DNA from: Chloroflexota bacterium
GTDB lineage: Bacteria > Chloroflexota > UBA11872 > VXOZ01
Length of the DNA stretch: 64,000 nt
Direction of reading: 5' to 3'
Assembly: GCA_963663275.1 (NCBI GenBank)
Contig: OY760183.1
Span: 416,001 to 480,000, forward strand
Position numbers and translations under genes: made by a program. This document shows, piece after piece, positions 10,780-19,262 of the stretch (the stretch's first letter is position 1; every line of letters begins with the position of its first letter). Under the pieces are notes generated by a model. That model saw only the letters and a list, made by a program, of their open reading frames with translations. It did no database searches and was not told the DNA's origin.

Positions 10780-11331
10780 TTAGTCCAGCTTAGCCAAGTT
10801 GTTTTCCGGTACCCGGCGCAGCGCGGCGGGGATACGCCCGCTCAGCCGGTTTTGGGCAAGGTACAGCCGTTTCAGATTAGCGAGGTTGCCCAACGCGCTC
10901 GGTATCTCGCCACTCAACCGGTTGTCGTAGAGGACCAATCGTTCCAGGTCCTTGAGATTGGCTAATTCTGGCGGTATCGCTCCGGTCAGTTGGTTCTGAA
11001 AGAGGACCAGGTGTTTCAAGCCGGTGAGTTTGCCCAGTTCCGGCGGAATTTCCCCGGTCAACCGGTTCTGCGACAGGTACAACTCTTTCAGGTGCGCAAG
11101 GTCTCCCAATGCCGGCGGCATCTCCCCACGCAACCGGTTGTCATTCAGATGCACGTGCGTGACGCGGCCGTGCTCGTCGGTGGTGACGCCGGGCCACCTG
11201 CCGATGGGCGCGTCGGTGAGCCAATTGCGGTTCGACTTCCAATTCGCGCCATCCGCGGCGGTGTAGAGGGCAACCAGCGCGGCCCGCTCCGCGGGACGTT
11301 CGTTACGGTTTGTCGGCGCCGGCCTGGCCAC
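10780..11331 (-). CDS. Small leucine-rich-repeat protein (plant-specific LRR type)
   Basis: ALVALY..ANW..W.GVT N-cap then 24-aa LxxLxLxxNxLxGxIP repeats. Confidence 0.88.
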   Translation of the reverse strand: MARPAPTNRNERPAERAALVALYTAADGANWKSNRNWLTDAPIGRWPGVTTDEHGRVTHVHLNDNRLRGEMPPALGDLAHLKELYLSQNRLTGEIPPELGKLTGLKHLVLFQNQLTGAIPPELANLKDLERLVLYDNRLSGEIPSALGNLANLKRLYLAQNRLSGRIPAALRRVPENNLAKLD

Positions 11332-11475
11332 TCAGGCTTCTTTCCGGGCGAACGCTGCGAACTCGCGCAGGCGGGCACTGTTTCGATAGTGATTCATCGA
11401 GCAACCCAGTTTGGGCACGCCTTGCGGCGGTTGTAGATGCGTTTCCATAGCAGCCAAGAGCGCGCCGTCATCTTC

Positions 11476-11784
11476 TCAACGGTCGAGGTCGATCCAGACG
11501 ATGTCGCGCTCGATGGCGCGGCGAAAGCGTGGCCGCAGCGTATCCAGCATCAACACGTCTACGTGCCGGCCGAATTGCGCCTCCAGGTAGTCGATTACGG
11601 CGAAGTACCCCCGCAACGTCTGGCGCTCCGGCGGCAGGTCGATTACGACGTCCAAGTCGCTGTTGCCGCCCGCCTCATCACGCGCCACCGAGCCGATGAT
11701 GCCAATGGCGGCGACGCCGAGAGCGGCTATGCCCTCCCGGTGTTGCGTGATGGTCCGTATTGCGTCCTCTTTCGTCAACGACAT
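11476..11784 (-). CDS. Minimal nucleotidyltransferase (MNT antitoxin-like), orphan
   Basis: IGSVARDE...SDLDVVID motif, 102 aa. Confidence 0.85.
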   Translation of the reverse strand: MSLTKEDAIRTITQHREGIAALGVAAIGIIGSVARDEAGGNSDLDVVIDLPPERQTLRGYFAVIDYLEAQFGRHVDVLMLDTLRPRFRRAIERDIVWIDLDR

Positions 11785-11952
11785 GGCACAAGTCTAGCAT
11801 ATCCCCGATGCGCCCTCGTTTCGACCCAACTCACTGCGCACGCCGTTTCCCGCAAGCCGCCGCGTACAGGCGCGGGCCGCGCGCCGGAAAGACCCGCGCC
11901 CACGCCGCGCGTGCTACAATTGGCGCGGTACCCGCCGGCAGCGCGCGTCTAA

Positions 11953-12125
11953 GAGCCTGTTTACGATCTTTCTGTCTGCACGAGGAACGTTCGCCCTGAG
12001 CCGCGTCGAAGGGTGAACGGTACCACCGCAAGGTTGCATACAGCCGTTCATGCTTCGACAGGCTCAGCACGAACGGTCTCTATCGGATTTGCTAACTCCC
12101 TCATAAGCAGATAGCAAACAGGTTC
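11953..12125. mobile_element. MITE family C (173 bp)
   Basis: TIR GAGCCTGTTTAC / AAACAGGTTC flanked by TAA duplication; inverted copy at 21787-21958. Confidence 0.85.
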
Positions 12126-12139
12126 TAAGGAGCAAATCG

Positions 12140-12406
12140 ATGGCGGAGGCAGACAACGGCAACGAGACCCTGGAAGTGTTCAAGAAGGCCGGCTTTACCG
12201 AGCCTCAGGCGCAGGCCCTGGTCGACATGTTGGAAGAATCGCGGCGCCAGACCGTTACCCAGAACGACCTGCAGGCGCTCGAACTGCGCATAGAGCGGCG
12301 GCTGCAACGCCAGACCTCCATGCTCCTCCTCTTGCACCTGGCGCTTGGCGCCCTGGTGATTCTGGTTGGCGTGCTCGTAATCGCTATTCTCGCGTTGATC
12401 CTGTAG
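12140..12406 (+). CDS. DUF1640/CCDC90-like small membrane-anchored coiled-coil protein
   Basis: KAGFTEPQAQAL, VTQNDL neck, C-terminal TM; AAGGAG RBS. Confidence 0.7.
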   Translation: MAEADNGNETLEVFKKAGFTEPQAQALVDMLEESRRQTVTQNDLQALELRIERRLQRQTSMLLLLHLALGALVILVGVLVIAILALIL

Positions 12407-12491
12407 CCACCCGCCTGTGTGGAGCGGCGCGCCGCCGCCGGGGCATTGGTTCCCCGCCGCCGGTAGTCTTTGCGGCCACGCCCCGCCGGCA

Positions 12492-13625
12492 TCACACCGC
12501 GGCCGGGACCCCGGCGTTCTGAAATATCTCCTCCAGGCGCGCGATCACCGTCGGCACCTCGCTCAGGCGCAACTCGACGGGATCGATGTAGAAGAAGCCC
12601 TCGTCCACGTGGTGCGCGCGGGGGTGGATGGACGGCGTGCCCGCTTTCAGCGCGTCGCACACCGCTGCCGCCGTCGTACCGGCCACGGCCGGATCCACGA
12701 TGATCTTCGCGCGGGACTGCGGATTGCCGGTGATGTCCGGTTCCGCGATGGCCGTGACGCCGGGGACGTCCGCCATCGCTGCCACAACCGGATCGGTCTT
12801 GGCGTCCATGTCCGCAACGTAGGCGTCGCGGTCGAATGTCCGCAGCCACTCCATGGTGGCGATCACGCTCACCACGCCCTCTTTGGTCGGTTTCATGGCG
12901 CGTCCCAGTCCCATGCCCTGGAGCGCGGCGGCGTCTATCAGAGCGCGGCTGCCGGCAATCACGCCGGCCGTAAAGCCGTTCAGGTGCTTCTGGTCGCTGA
13001 AGACCACCGCGTCCGCGCCCTGCTCCAGCAATTCCCGCGCCAGAAACGCCTCCGCCGCGCCGTCCACGATCACCGGCACGCCGTGACGGTGCGCGATTGC
13101 CGCGAACTCCGCGAACGCAAGCTGGTTGTGCTGCACGGTGTGGTGCGAGAGCACGAAAACCGCCGCTGCGGTATTGGCGGTGATGGCCCGCGCCATGTGG
13201 TCGGGCAGGGCGCGGTTCACCTCGCCAAACTCGACCGCCGCCGCGCCGGTCATGCGGATCATCTGCGTAACCGGCGCGCCGAAGTTGACGGCGTGGCCTT
13301 TCTGGATGATCACCTCGTCTTTCATGCCGGTGGTGTCCGGCAGGCTGAGCGCCTGGCCCAGGTCGTCGCCGGCCATCGCGCCGGCGCAGGTCACGGCAAT
13401 GCCGGCCGCGGCGCAGTGGGTCACCGTGCCGGCCTCCGCCCCGGTGGCCTCCGCAATGGCCGCGTCCGCCGCGCGCAGCAACTCCGGCATCTCGACGAAC
13501 TCCGACATGGCCTCCACCACCCGGCCCACAACCTCCGGCGGCACCGCCGCCGCGCCCAGATGCGTCATCTTGCCGCAGGCGTTGATGATCGGCGTCAGTC
13601 CGTAACGTTCGTGGAATTGAGACAT
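12492..13625 (-). CDS. SelA-like/DgaE-like PLP-dependent enzyme, paralog 1
   Basis: PIINACGKMTHLG, IIQKGH, VIVDGAAE, FSDQKHL (PLP Lys), GRAMKPTKE; start placed at MSQFHERYG. Confidence 0.85.
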   Translation of the reverse strand: MSQFHERYGLTPIINACGKMTHLGAAAVPPEVVGRVVEAMSEFVEMPELLRAADAAIAEATGAEAGTVTHCAAAGIAVTCAGAMAGDDLGQALSLPDTTGMKDEVIIQKGHAVNFGAPVTQMIRMTGAAAVEFGEVNRALPDHMARAITANTAAAVFVLSHHTVQHNQLAFAEFAAIAHRHGVPVIVDGAAEAFLARELLEQGADAVVFSDQKHLNGFTAGVIAGSRALIDAAALQGMGLGRAMKPTKEGVVSVIATMEWLRTFDRDAYVADMDAKTDPVVAAMADVPGVTAIAEPDITGNPQSRAKIIVDPAVAGTTAAAVCDALKAGTPSIHPRAHHVDEGFFYIDPVELRLSEVPTVIARLEEIFQNAGVPAAV

Positions 13626-14007
13626 TCTTCCCTCTCTTCTATCGCCCTCTTCTATCGCAGTCGTGAAATCCCTCCGCCTGCTCGTTGCGCAAGACATCGC
13701 GCGCCGTGGGGCAATTGCCCGCGGCCCCGGCAGGCGTGAAACCGGCGCCGCGCGCCGTTCGTCCGCTTTGCGCCGTGCCCCTGACAGCGTACGGGCCATG
13801 CGCAACCTTACCACCTAGTGTAGGCACGCGCCTACGGCCAGACAACCCCAGTCAGCCTCTCCCTGGGGAGACCTTTGCATAACTACAAACGGCAGGCGAG
13901 AGATCTTCCTCTCCCTGGTGAGAGGGCCCGGGTGAGGGGGCAATGGTTTCGCATCAGAAGGGAGCGATACACAGTAGGATACCCCGCCCGGCTTGTCCAG
14001 CGCCGGT

Positions 14008-14035
14008 GTAGGGGCACGACATGTCGTGCCCCTAC
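14008..14035. repeat. GTAG-type REP palindrome GTAGGGGCACGACATGTCGTGCCCCTAC (family D)
   Basis: Same or variant palindrome at 18635, 24684, 34188, 42738, 50705, 53511 and 53595. Confidence 0.85.
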
Positions 14036-14099
14036 ACCGGCGCTGGACGCGTTGCAAGACGCGGCAGACCGGCATTAGACCGCATTCAAGCCCTCGCAC

Positions 14100-14128
14100 T
14101 TGACTTTTCGCGCCCAATCATGCACAAT
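14100..14128 (+). promoter_or_regulatory. Putative sigma70 promoter of SBP gene
   Basis: TTGACT-17-CACAAT with TG extension. Confidence 0.5.
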
Positions 14129-14174
14129 TCCAGTTTGGTGACGTGTTCAACAGAAATAGAAGAAGGAGATGTGA

Positions 14175-15587
14175 ATGGACACAAGCACCGTGGTAAGCAG
14201 CATCACTCGCCGCCGGATACTTGGTGGCTTTGCCGTCGGAGCCGGGGCCGTGCTTGCCGCAGCGTGCGGCGCTGCCGGCACTGCGGCGCCCGCCGAGGAA
14301 GCGCCCAAGGAAGAGCAGCCGGAGCAGAAGGCCGAGGCCGCGCCCGCCCCGCCCGAAGAGGTTTCGATTCTCTATCTCACCTACACGCGGCCGGCCCGCA
14401 ACGAGGCCGAGCAGGCGCTCTATGGCGGCTTCCAGGAAGCCAACCCCGGCATCACGCTGGACATCAAGATCGTGGATGGCGGCGGCACCGGCGTGCGCCA
14501 GAACATCCCCATTCTCTTTGCCGCCGGCACGCCCGTGGGTCTCTTCGAGAACACCTGGGGCACCTGGCTGCAGTTCGTGGATGGCGATCTGATCGCTCCG
14601 CTGACCCCGCTGATGAGCCGCGACGGCATCGATCCCTACGAGACGTTCATCGCCGAGGGCGTGGACTTCGTCTCCAACCAGGGCGTGACCTGGGGCTTCC
14701 CCGCCAGCATGTCCGTGGACACGTGGGCGTACAACAAGAACATCTTCGATGAGGCTGGCGTGCCGTATCCGCCGTCCGATCCGGCCGACGAGAGTTGGAC
14801 GATGGAAGCCTACATCGACGCCATGGAGAAGCTCACCAAGGGCACCGAGCAGTTCGGTATGCGCCGCGGCTACACCGGCTTCAACACCTTTGGCATCGGT
14901 GACGGCACCTTCTTCGGCGGCCTGGCCTGGGACGCCGAGAACAACAAGGCGACCATGAACAACGATCACTACGTCCAGGGCATCAACTTCTGGATCGACA
15001 TCGTGGACAAGTTCCGCGTGATGCCCACGGGCGAAGAGCATAGCGCCATCGTCGGCGGCAGGAGCGGCCACCCGTTCTTCACCACCGGCGCTTTTGGTAT
15101 CTCCGTTATGTTCGTGGTACCGCCGGAAGCCAAGGAAGCCGCGTTCGACTGGGGCATTGGCGCGCTGGCGTACACCGGCGAGCCGCCGAATCACTCCGGC
15201 CGCCACTACACCCACGCGGTCTTTGCCGGCAACACCGACCACATCGACCAGACGTGGGAAGTGATGAAGTGGTTCCTGGAAGGCGACAACGGCCTCACCT
15301 ACCTCGAGGTGACCGGCCACGTGGTTACGCCGATGCTCCACCTCTTCGACCAAGCCAAGTCGCACTGGGAAGCCAAGTACGACGGCAAGGTGGACGGCAC
15401 CACGTACTTCCTGGAAGCCCAGCACACGCCGCAGTCCGGCCACGGCATGTTGAAGTACTCCAACTTCTACGACATCCGCGACGTGCTGCAGCCGGTCTAC
15501 AACAGCGTGCGCGCACGCGAGGCCTCCATCGAGGAATTCCTGCCTTTCGCAGAGAAGACCATCAACGAGGACCTCAAGGTCGAGTAG
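14175..15587 (+). CDS. Extracellular solute-binding lipoprotein (carbohydrate ABC family 1), Tat signal
   Basis: TRRRILG twin-Arg, LAAACG lipobox, Ala/Glu/Pro linker, YNKNIFDEAGVPYP. Confidence 0.88.
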   Translation: MDTSTVVSSITRRRILGGFAVGAGAVLAAACGAAGTAAPAEEAPKEEQPEQKAEAAPAPPEEVSILYLTYTRPARNEAEQALYGGFQEANPGITLDIKIVDGGGTGVRQNIPILFAAGTPVGLFENTWGTWLQFVDGDLIAPLTPLMSRDGIDPYETFIAEGVDFVSNQGVTWGFPASMSVDTWAYNKNIFDEAGVPYPPSDPADESWTMEAYIDAMEKLTKGTEQFGMRRGYTGFNTFGIGDGTFFGGLAWDAENNKATMNNDHYVQGINFWIDIVDKFRVMPTGEEHSAIVGGRSGHPFFTTGAFGISVMFVVPPEAKEAAFDWGIGALAYTGEPPNHSGRHYTHAVFAGNTDHIDQTWEVMKWFLEGDNGLTYLEVTGHVVTPMLHLFDQAKSHWEAKYDGKVDGTTYFLEAQHTPQSGHGMLKYSNFYDIRDVLQPVYNSVRAREASIEEFLPFAEKTINEDLKVE

Positions 15588-15645
15588 CCACGGCTACGGC
15601 TGCCAAACGCTTAGTTTCACGAGCGTTTGGGAGTATGCGACAAAG

Positions 15646-15685
15646 AAGGAGGGTCACCCATGGGGTGACCCTCCTTTGGTTTGTT
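15646..15685 (+). terminator. Intrinsic terminator
   Basis: AAGGAGGGTCACCC-ATG-GGGTGACCCTCCTT stem followed by T-rich tract. Confidence 0.75.
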
Positions 15686-15765
15686 CTCGATTCAGTCCTG
15701 CTACCCCGCGACGAGCTAATGTCCCATTGGCCCAATGTCAGCCGTGAGCAACGCTGCCTCCCCCC

Positions 15766-15911
15766 CTGACAGGGGTAGGCAAGTGTCATTCCGAGCGGAG
15801 CGAGGAATCTAGAACCGATATTCTTGCAGCGAAAGCCTTAGATTCCTCTCTCCGCTGCGCTCCGCTCGGAATGACAATAGAAGTCGGATGTAGTATGCCT
15901 ACCCCTGTCAG
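15766..15911. mobile_element. MITE family A (146 bp) inserted in the 3' end of the adjacent gene
   Basis: Full TIRs within a poly-C site. Confidence 0.85.
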
Positions 15912-16166
15912 CCCCCCCCCCCCCATCAATGCGGAAACCGAAAGGTGCTCGGGATAGTTTCTGATTTGCCGGATCAAATAAGGGGCATCGCCATACGCTT
16001 CCATCGCTGCGTTGGCGGCATCGGCGTACGTGGGGTAGAAACCAACCAATTGCCGGTCATGGAACACCACCCACTTACCAAAGTGATTCTCCTCAAGCTC
16101 CTTGCGCATTTCATTGTACGCCGCGATGTTGTCCTCTAAAGAAGCGGCAGGCTGTGCAGCAGCCAC
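15786..16166 (-). CDS. DUF5678-like small protein, C-terminus encoded by MITE
   Basis: ELEENHFGKWVVFHDRQLVG..Y.DA..YLIRQI signature; AAAGGAAG RBS. Confidence 0.7.
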   Translation of the reverse strand: MAAAQPAASLEDNIAAYNEMRKELEENHFGKWVVFHDRQLVGFYPTYADAANAAMEAYGDAPYLIRQIRNYPEHLSVSALMGGGGLTGVGILHPTSIVIPSGAQRREESKAFAARISVLDSSLRSE

Positions 16167-16508
16167 GATCTCTTCCTTTCGAGTTTACGCCTCTATGTCC
16201 CTTCCGCTAACACAAGCATACCATAGCTTCTGAGTGGCACAGGAGGTTTCCGCAAATCGCCAGGCGTGGTGTCTGTGTGGGATTTGTGTACTCTATTTGT
16301 GTCACTTGGGTGCGCTTCCAGCGTGTTTCGCGCAATGCGGGTTGAACAATTGACCGTCCTGAGCAGGCCAGGGCCGCATGCGAGTCGCGGGCATTTGCGG
16401 TACTCCGCATACGGCGCAGCCGGTATACTAGAGCCAGCGCTTTGCTTCGATAGCGCGAAATGTCGTCACGGCAGGGTATTCGCCGTATGCTTACGTGAAC
16501 GGGATACC

Positions 16509-18224
16509 GTGAACACGAATGCGGACGTGACCCACGAGCCCGACGAGTCCTGTCCCCCAGGGCTGACGCTCGGTGTGGCGTTTCAGGGTGTCCTGCTCTC
16601 CCTGCCGCCCACCGTGCTGACCATGTTGCTCTTCGCGCGCGCCTCGGGCCTGGGTGACGGCTATCTGGCGTGGTCCGTGCTGGCGGCGGTGGCCGTCAGC
16701 GGCTTGACCACAGCCCTCCTGGCGGCGCGTCTCGGTCCGATCGGCGGCGGCAACATCCTCATGGCCGGCGCCGCCCCCAGCTATCTCGCCATCGGACTCC
16801 TGGCGTTGGAGCAGGCGGGCCCGGCCACGCTCGCCACCCTGGTGGTCGTTTCATCGCTGTTCAGATTCGGCCTGGCGGCATCGCTGCCCCGCCTGCGCCG
16901 CGTCATCACGCCGGTGGTCTCCGGCACGGTCATCATGCTGATTGCGGCGAGCGTCTTGCCGCTTACGGTGGGTAAACTGGAGCAGGTGCCGGCCGGCGCG
17001 CCCGCGCTGGCCGGACCGGCCGTAGCCGCCATTACCCTGACGGTTGCCGCGGTACTGGGGCTGCGCGCCTCGGGCGCGCTGCGCCTCTGGACTCCGCTGA
17101 TCGGCATCCTCGTCGGCTGCGCCGCGTCCGCGTTGTTTGGCATCTACGATCCGACGAGCCTTGTGGAAGCGCCGTGGCTCGGCGTGCCGGAGGTATGGCT
17201 GCCGGGATTCGACGTTTCGCCGGGCGCGGAGTTCTGGGCATTGCTCCCGATGTTTCTCATTGTGTCCCTCTCGGGCGCGATCAAGTCGGTGGGTTCCAGC
17301 GTCGTCGTGCAGCAGGTCTCGTGGCGGGAGCCCCGCGTAACCGACTATCGGCGCGTGCAGGGCACCGTCAACGCCAACGGCATCGGCTCGGTGCTGTCCG
17401 GGTTTCTGGGAATCCTGCCCACCGGCACGTACGCCGCCACCACCGTATCGCTCACCAACTTCACCGGCGTGGCCGCCCGCGCGGTCGGCTACACCATCGG
17501 CATCATGCTGGTCGTCCTGGCGCTCCTGCCCAAGCCCATGGCGCTGCTCCTCACGGTGCCGGACCCGGTCACCGGCACCTACATGCTGATGATCATGGGC
17601 CTGCTCTTCGTGGAGGGTCTGCGCACGGTGTCCCAGGACGGTCTCGACCAGCGCAAGGTGCTGATCGTGGCGCTCTCGCTGGCGATCGGCATCGGCCTGC
17701 AGAGCGAAAACGTCATTGCGAAAGTCATTGGCGGCGCATGGGGCCTGGTGCTGGGCAACGGTCTGATCATCGGCGCTATCACCGCGCTCCTGCTGACCGC
17801 GTTCATCGAACTGGTGGCCCCGCGCCGCCGGCGGCTGGAGATTTCGCTGGACATCAGCGCGCTGCCGCGACTCGATGAGTTCCTGGAAAAGTTGGCCGCC
17901 GGCCTGGGCTGGAATGAGTCTTCAGCGAACCGGCTGCGTCTGGTAGGCGAAGAGGCCCTCTCGAGCTTGCTGGGAGACGAGGAGGACGATAGTCCCAGAC
18001 GTTTGATCGTGCTGGCGCGCCCGGGCGCGGGCATGATCGAGCTTGAGTTCATGGCGGTGTTGGCCGAGGAGAACATCGAGGACGCGCTCGCCTACATGAG
18101 CGAGCAGTCGGACGCGCCCGAAGCGGGTGAAATCTCCCTGCGGCTGCTCCAGCACTTCGCCTCCGGCGTGCGCCACCGCAAGTATCAGGGCATCGACATC
18201 GTGACGGTCGAGGTGCCGCGCTAG
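16509..18224 (+). CDS. NCS2 (xanthine/uracil permease-like) transporter with C-terminal HATPase-like extension
   Basis: Multiple TMs, ITPVVSGTVIMLI, NFTGVAARAVG, LLPK; C-terminal RLRLVGEEAL...ISLRLLQHFASGVRHRKYQGIDIVTV. Confidence 0.8.
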   Translation: MNTNADVTHEPDESCPPGLTLGVAFQGVLLSLPPTVLTMLLFARASGLGDGYLAWSVLAAVAVSGLTTALLAARLGPIGGGNILMAGAAPSYLAIGLLALEQAGPATLATLVVVSSLFRFGLAASLPRLRRVITPVVSGTVIMLIAASVLPLTVGKLEQVPAGAPALAGPAVAAITLTVAAVLGLRASGALRLWTPLIGILVGCAASALFGIYDPTSLVEAPWLGVPEVWLPGFDVSPGAEFWALLPMFLIVSLSGAIKSVGSSVVVQQVSWREPRVTDYRRVQGTVNANGIGSVLSGFLGILPTGTYAATTVSLTNFTGVAARAVGYTIGIMLVVLALLPKPMALLLTVPDPVTGTYMLMIMGLLFVEGLRTVSQDGLDQRKVLIVALSLAIGIGLQSENVIAKVIGGAWGLVLGNGLIIGAITALLLTAFIELVAPRRRRLEISLDISALPRLDEFLEKLAAGLGWNESSANRLRLVGEEALSSLLGDEEDDSPRRLIVLARPGAGMIELEFMAVLAEENIEDALAYMSEQSDAPEAGEISLRLLQHFASGVRHRKYQGIDIVTVEVPR

Positions 18225-18292
18225 CGAACAGCCAGAGGCGCGGCTGCTTCACGCTTCGATGAAGCGGCAAGCGCCCAATACCGGCAGTCCCA

Positions 18293-18611
18293 GGGTGAAC
18301 GGCGGTCTAGTTTGCGCCGCACTCTTCTTCCCGTTCGCCCTGAGCCGCGTCGAAGGGTGAACGGCGGGTTGGTTTGCGCCATACTCTTCTTCCCGTTCGC
18401 CCTGAGCCGGGTCGAAGGGTGAACCGCGGGTTGGTTTGCGCCGTGCTCTTCTTCCCGTTCGCCCTGAGCCGGGTCGAATGGTGAACGGCGGTCTGGTTTG
18501 CGCCGTACTCTTCTTCCCGTTCGCCCTGAGCCGGGTCGAAGGGTGAACCGCGGGTTGGTTTGCACCGCGCTGTACTACCCGTTCATACTTCGACGGGCTC
18601 AGTACGAACGG
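18293..18611. repeat. Tandem array of ~62-bp units (4 full plus one partial) containing the CCGTTCGCCCTGAGCC-GTCGAAGGGTGAAC palindrome
   Basis: Units start at 18293, 18355, 18417, 18479 and 18541. Confidence 0.9.
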
Positions 18612-18949
18612 ATAGTACAGCGCCCGTCCCCGGTGTAGGGGCACGACATGTCGTGCCCTTGTAGCGGTATTGCCCGCAGTCTGAGAACTCCGCGCCGCCC
18701 CGCACCTTGCCGCTTGAATTCACGTCGTATCCCGTGCCGCGCGTGCAATCGCGCAAGACCGCTTGGCAAAACGAGCCTTCGATTTACCTGTGCCGGCCTG
18801 ATTCCTCCACGTCTTACCGCGCCCCACGCCACTTGATTCGTCCGGAGCCATGACAGCGCTGTCGGCGCAGTATACGACGCCTCAATCTCGATGGAGCAAG
18901 AAACCCGGCGAACCACAGGAAAGTTCTCCAAAAATCGCCGATTAACCGC

Positions 18950-18978
18950 TAGACAAGAACGCAGGCCTGCGCTAGACT
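18950..18978 (+). promoter_or_regulatory. Putative promoter followed by ~280-nt leader
   Basis: TAGACA-17-TAGACT. Confidence 0.45.
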
Positions 18979-19262
18979 TCAGTCAGATGTATTGCCTCTC
19001 AGTGTTCGTGAGTACAGCGGAAACGATCCGGCATACTCGCAGAAAGGAGGCATGACTACGTCGGTTTCTGCTTCATCGCTTGTGCTGCGCGAGAGGGGTC
19101 GTGTCTCCTCCGCACTACCGCTTTCAAACAAGCCCACCGATCCAATTCGTCTCACTCTTCTGGTGACCCGGTGCGGCCAGTCAGCTTATTTGCACGCTGG
19201 ACAGGCGAGTACTCCTGGCACACGCTTTTCGCAACCGTTGATTTACAGAAGGGAGTCTTCGG

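Noticed and set aside
12492-13625. selA assignment for the PLP enzymes
   Set aside because: Two paralogs of ~377 aa lacking SelA's N-terminal tRNA-binding region, and no sel genes nearby
16266-16508. Long N-terminal extensions in the ORF track (also for nusA, rbfA, dut, the sulfur carrier and the fasciclin protein)
   Set aside because: Downstream starts have better RBS and family-typical N-termini; some extensions run through repeats
18293-18611. Possible CRISPR array
   Set aside because: The intervening segments are near-copies of each other rather than unique spacers, and no cas genes are present; this is a tandem REP array
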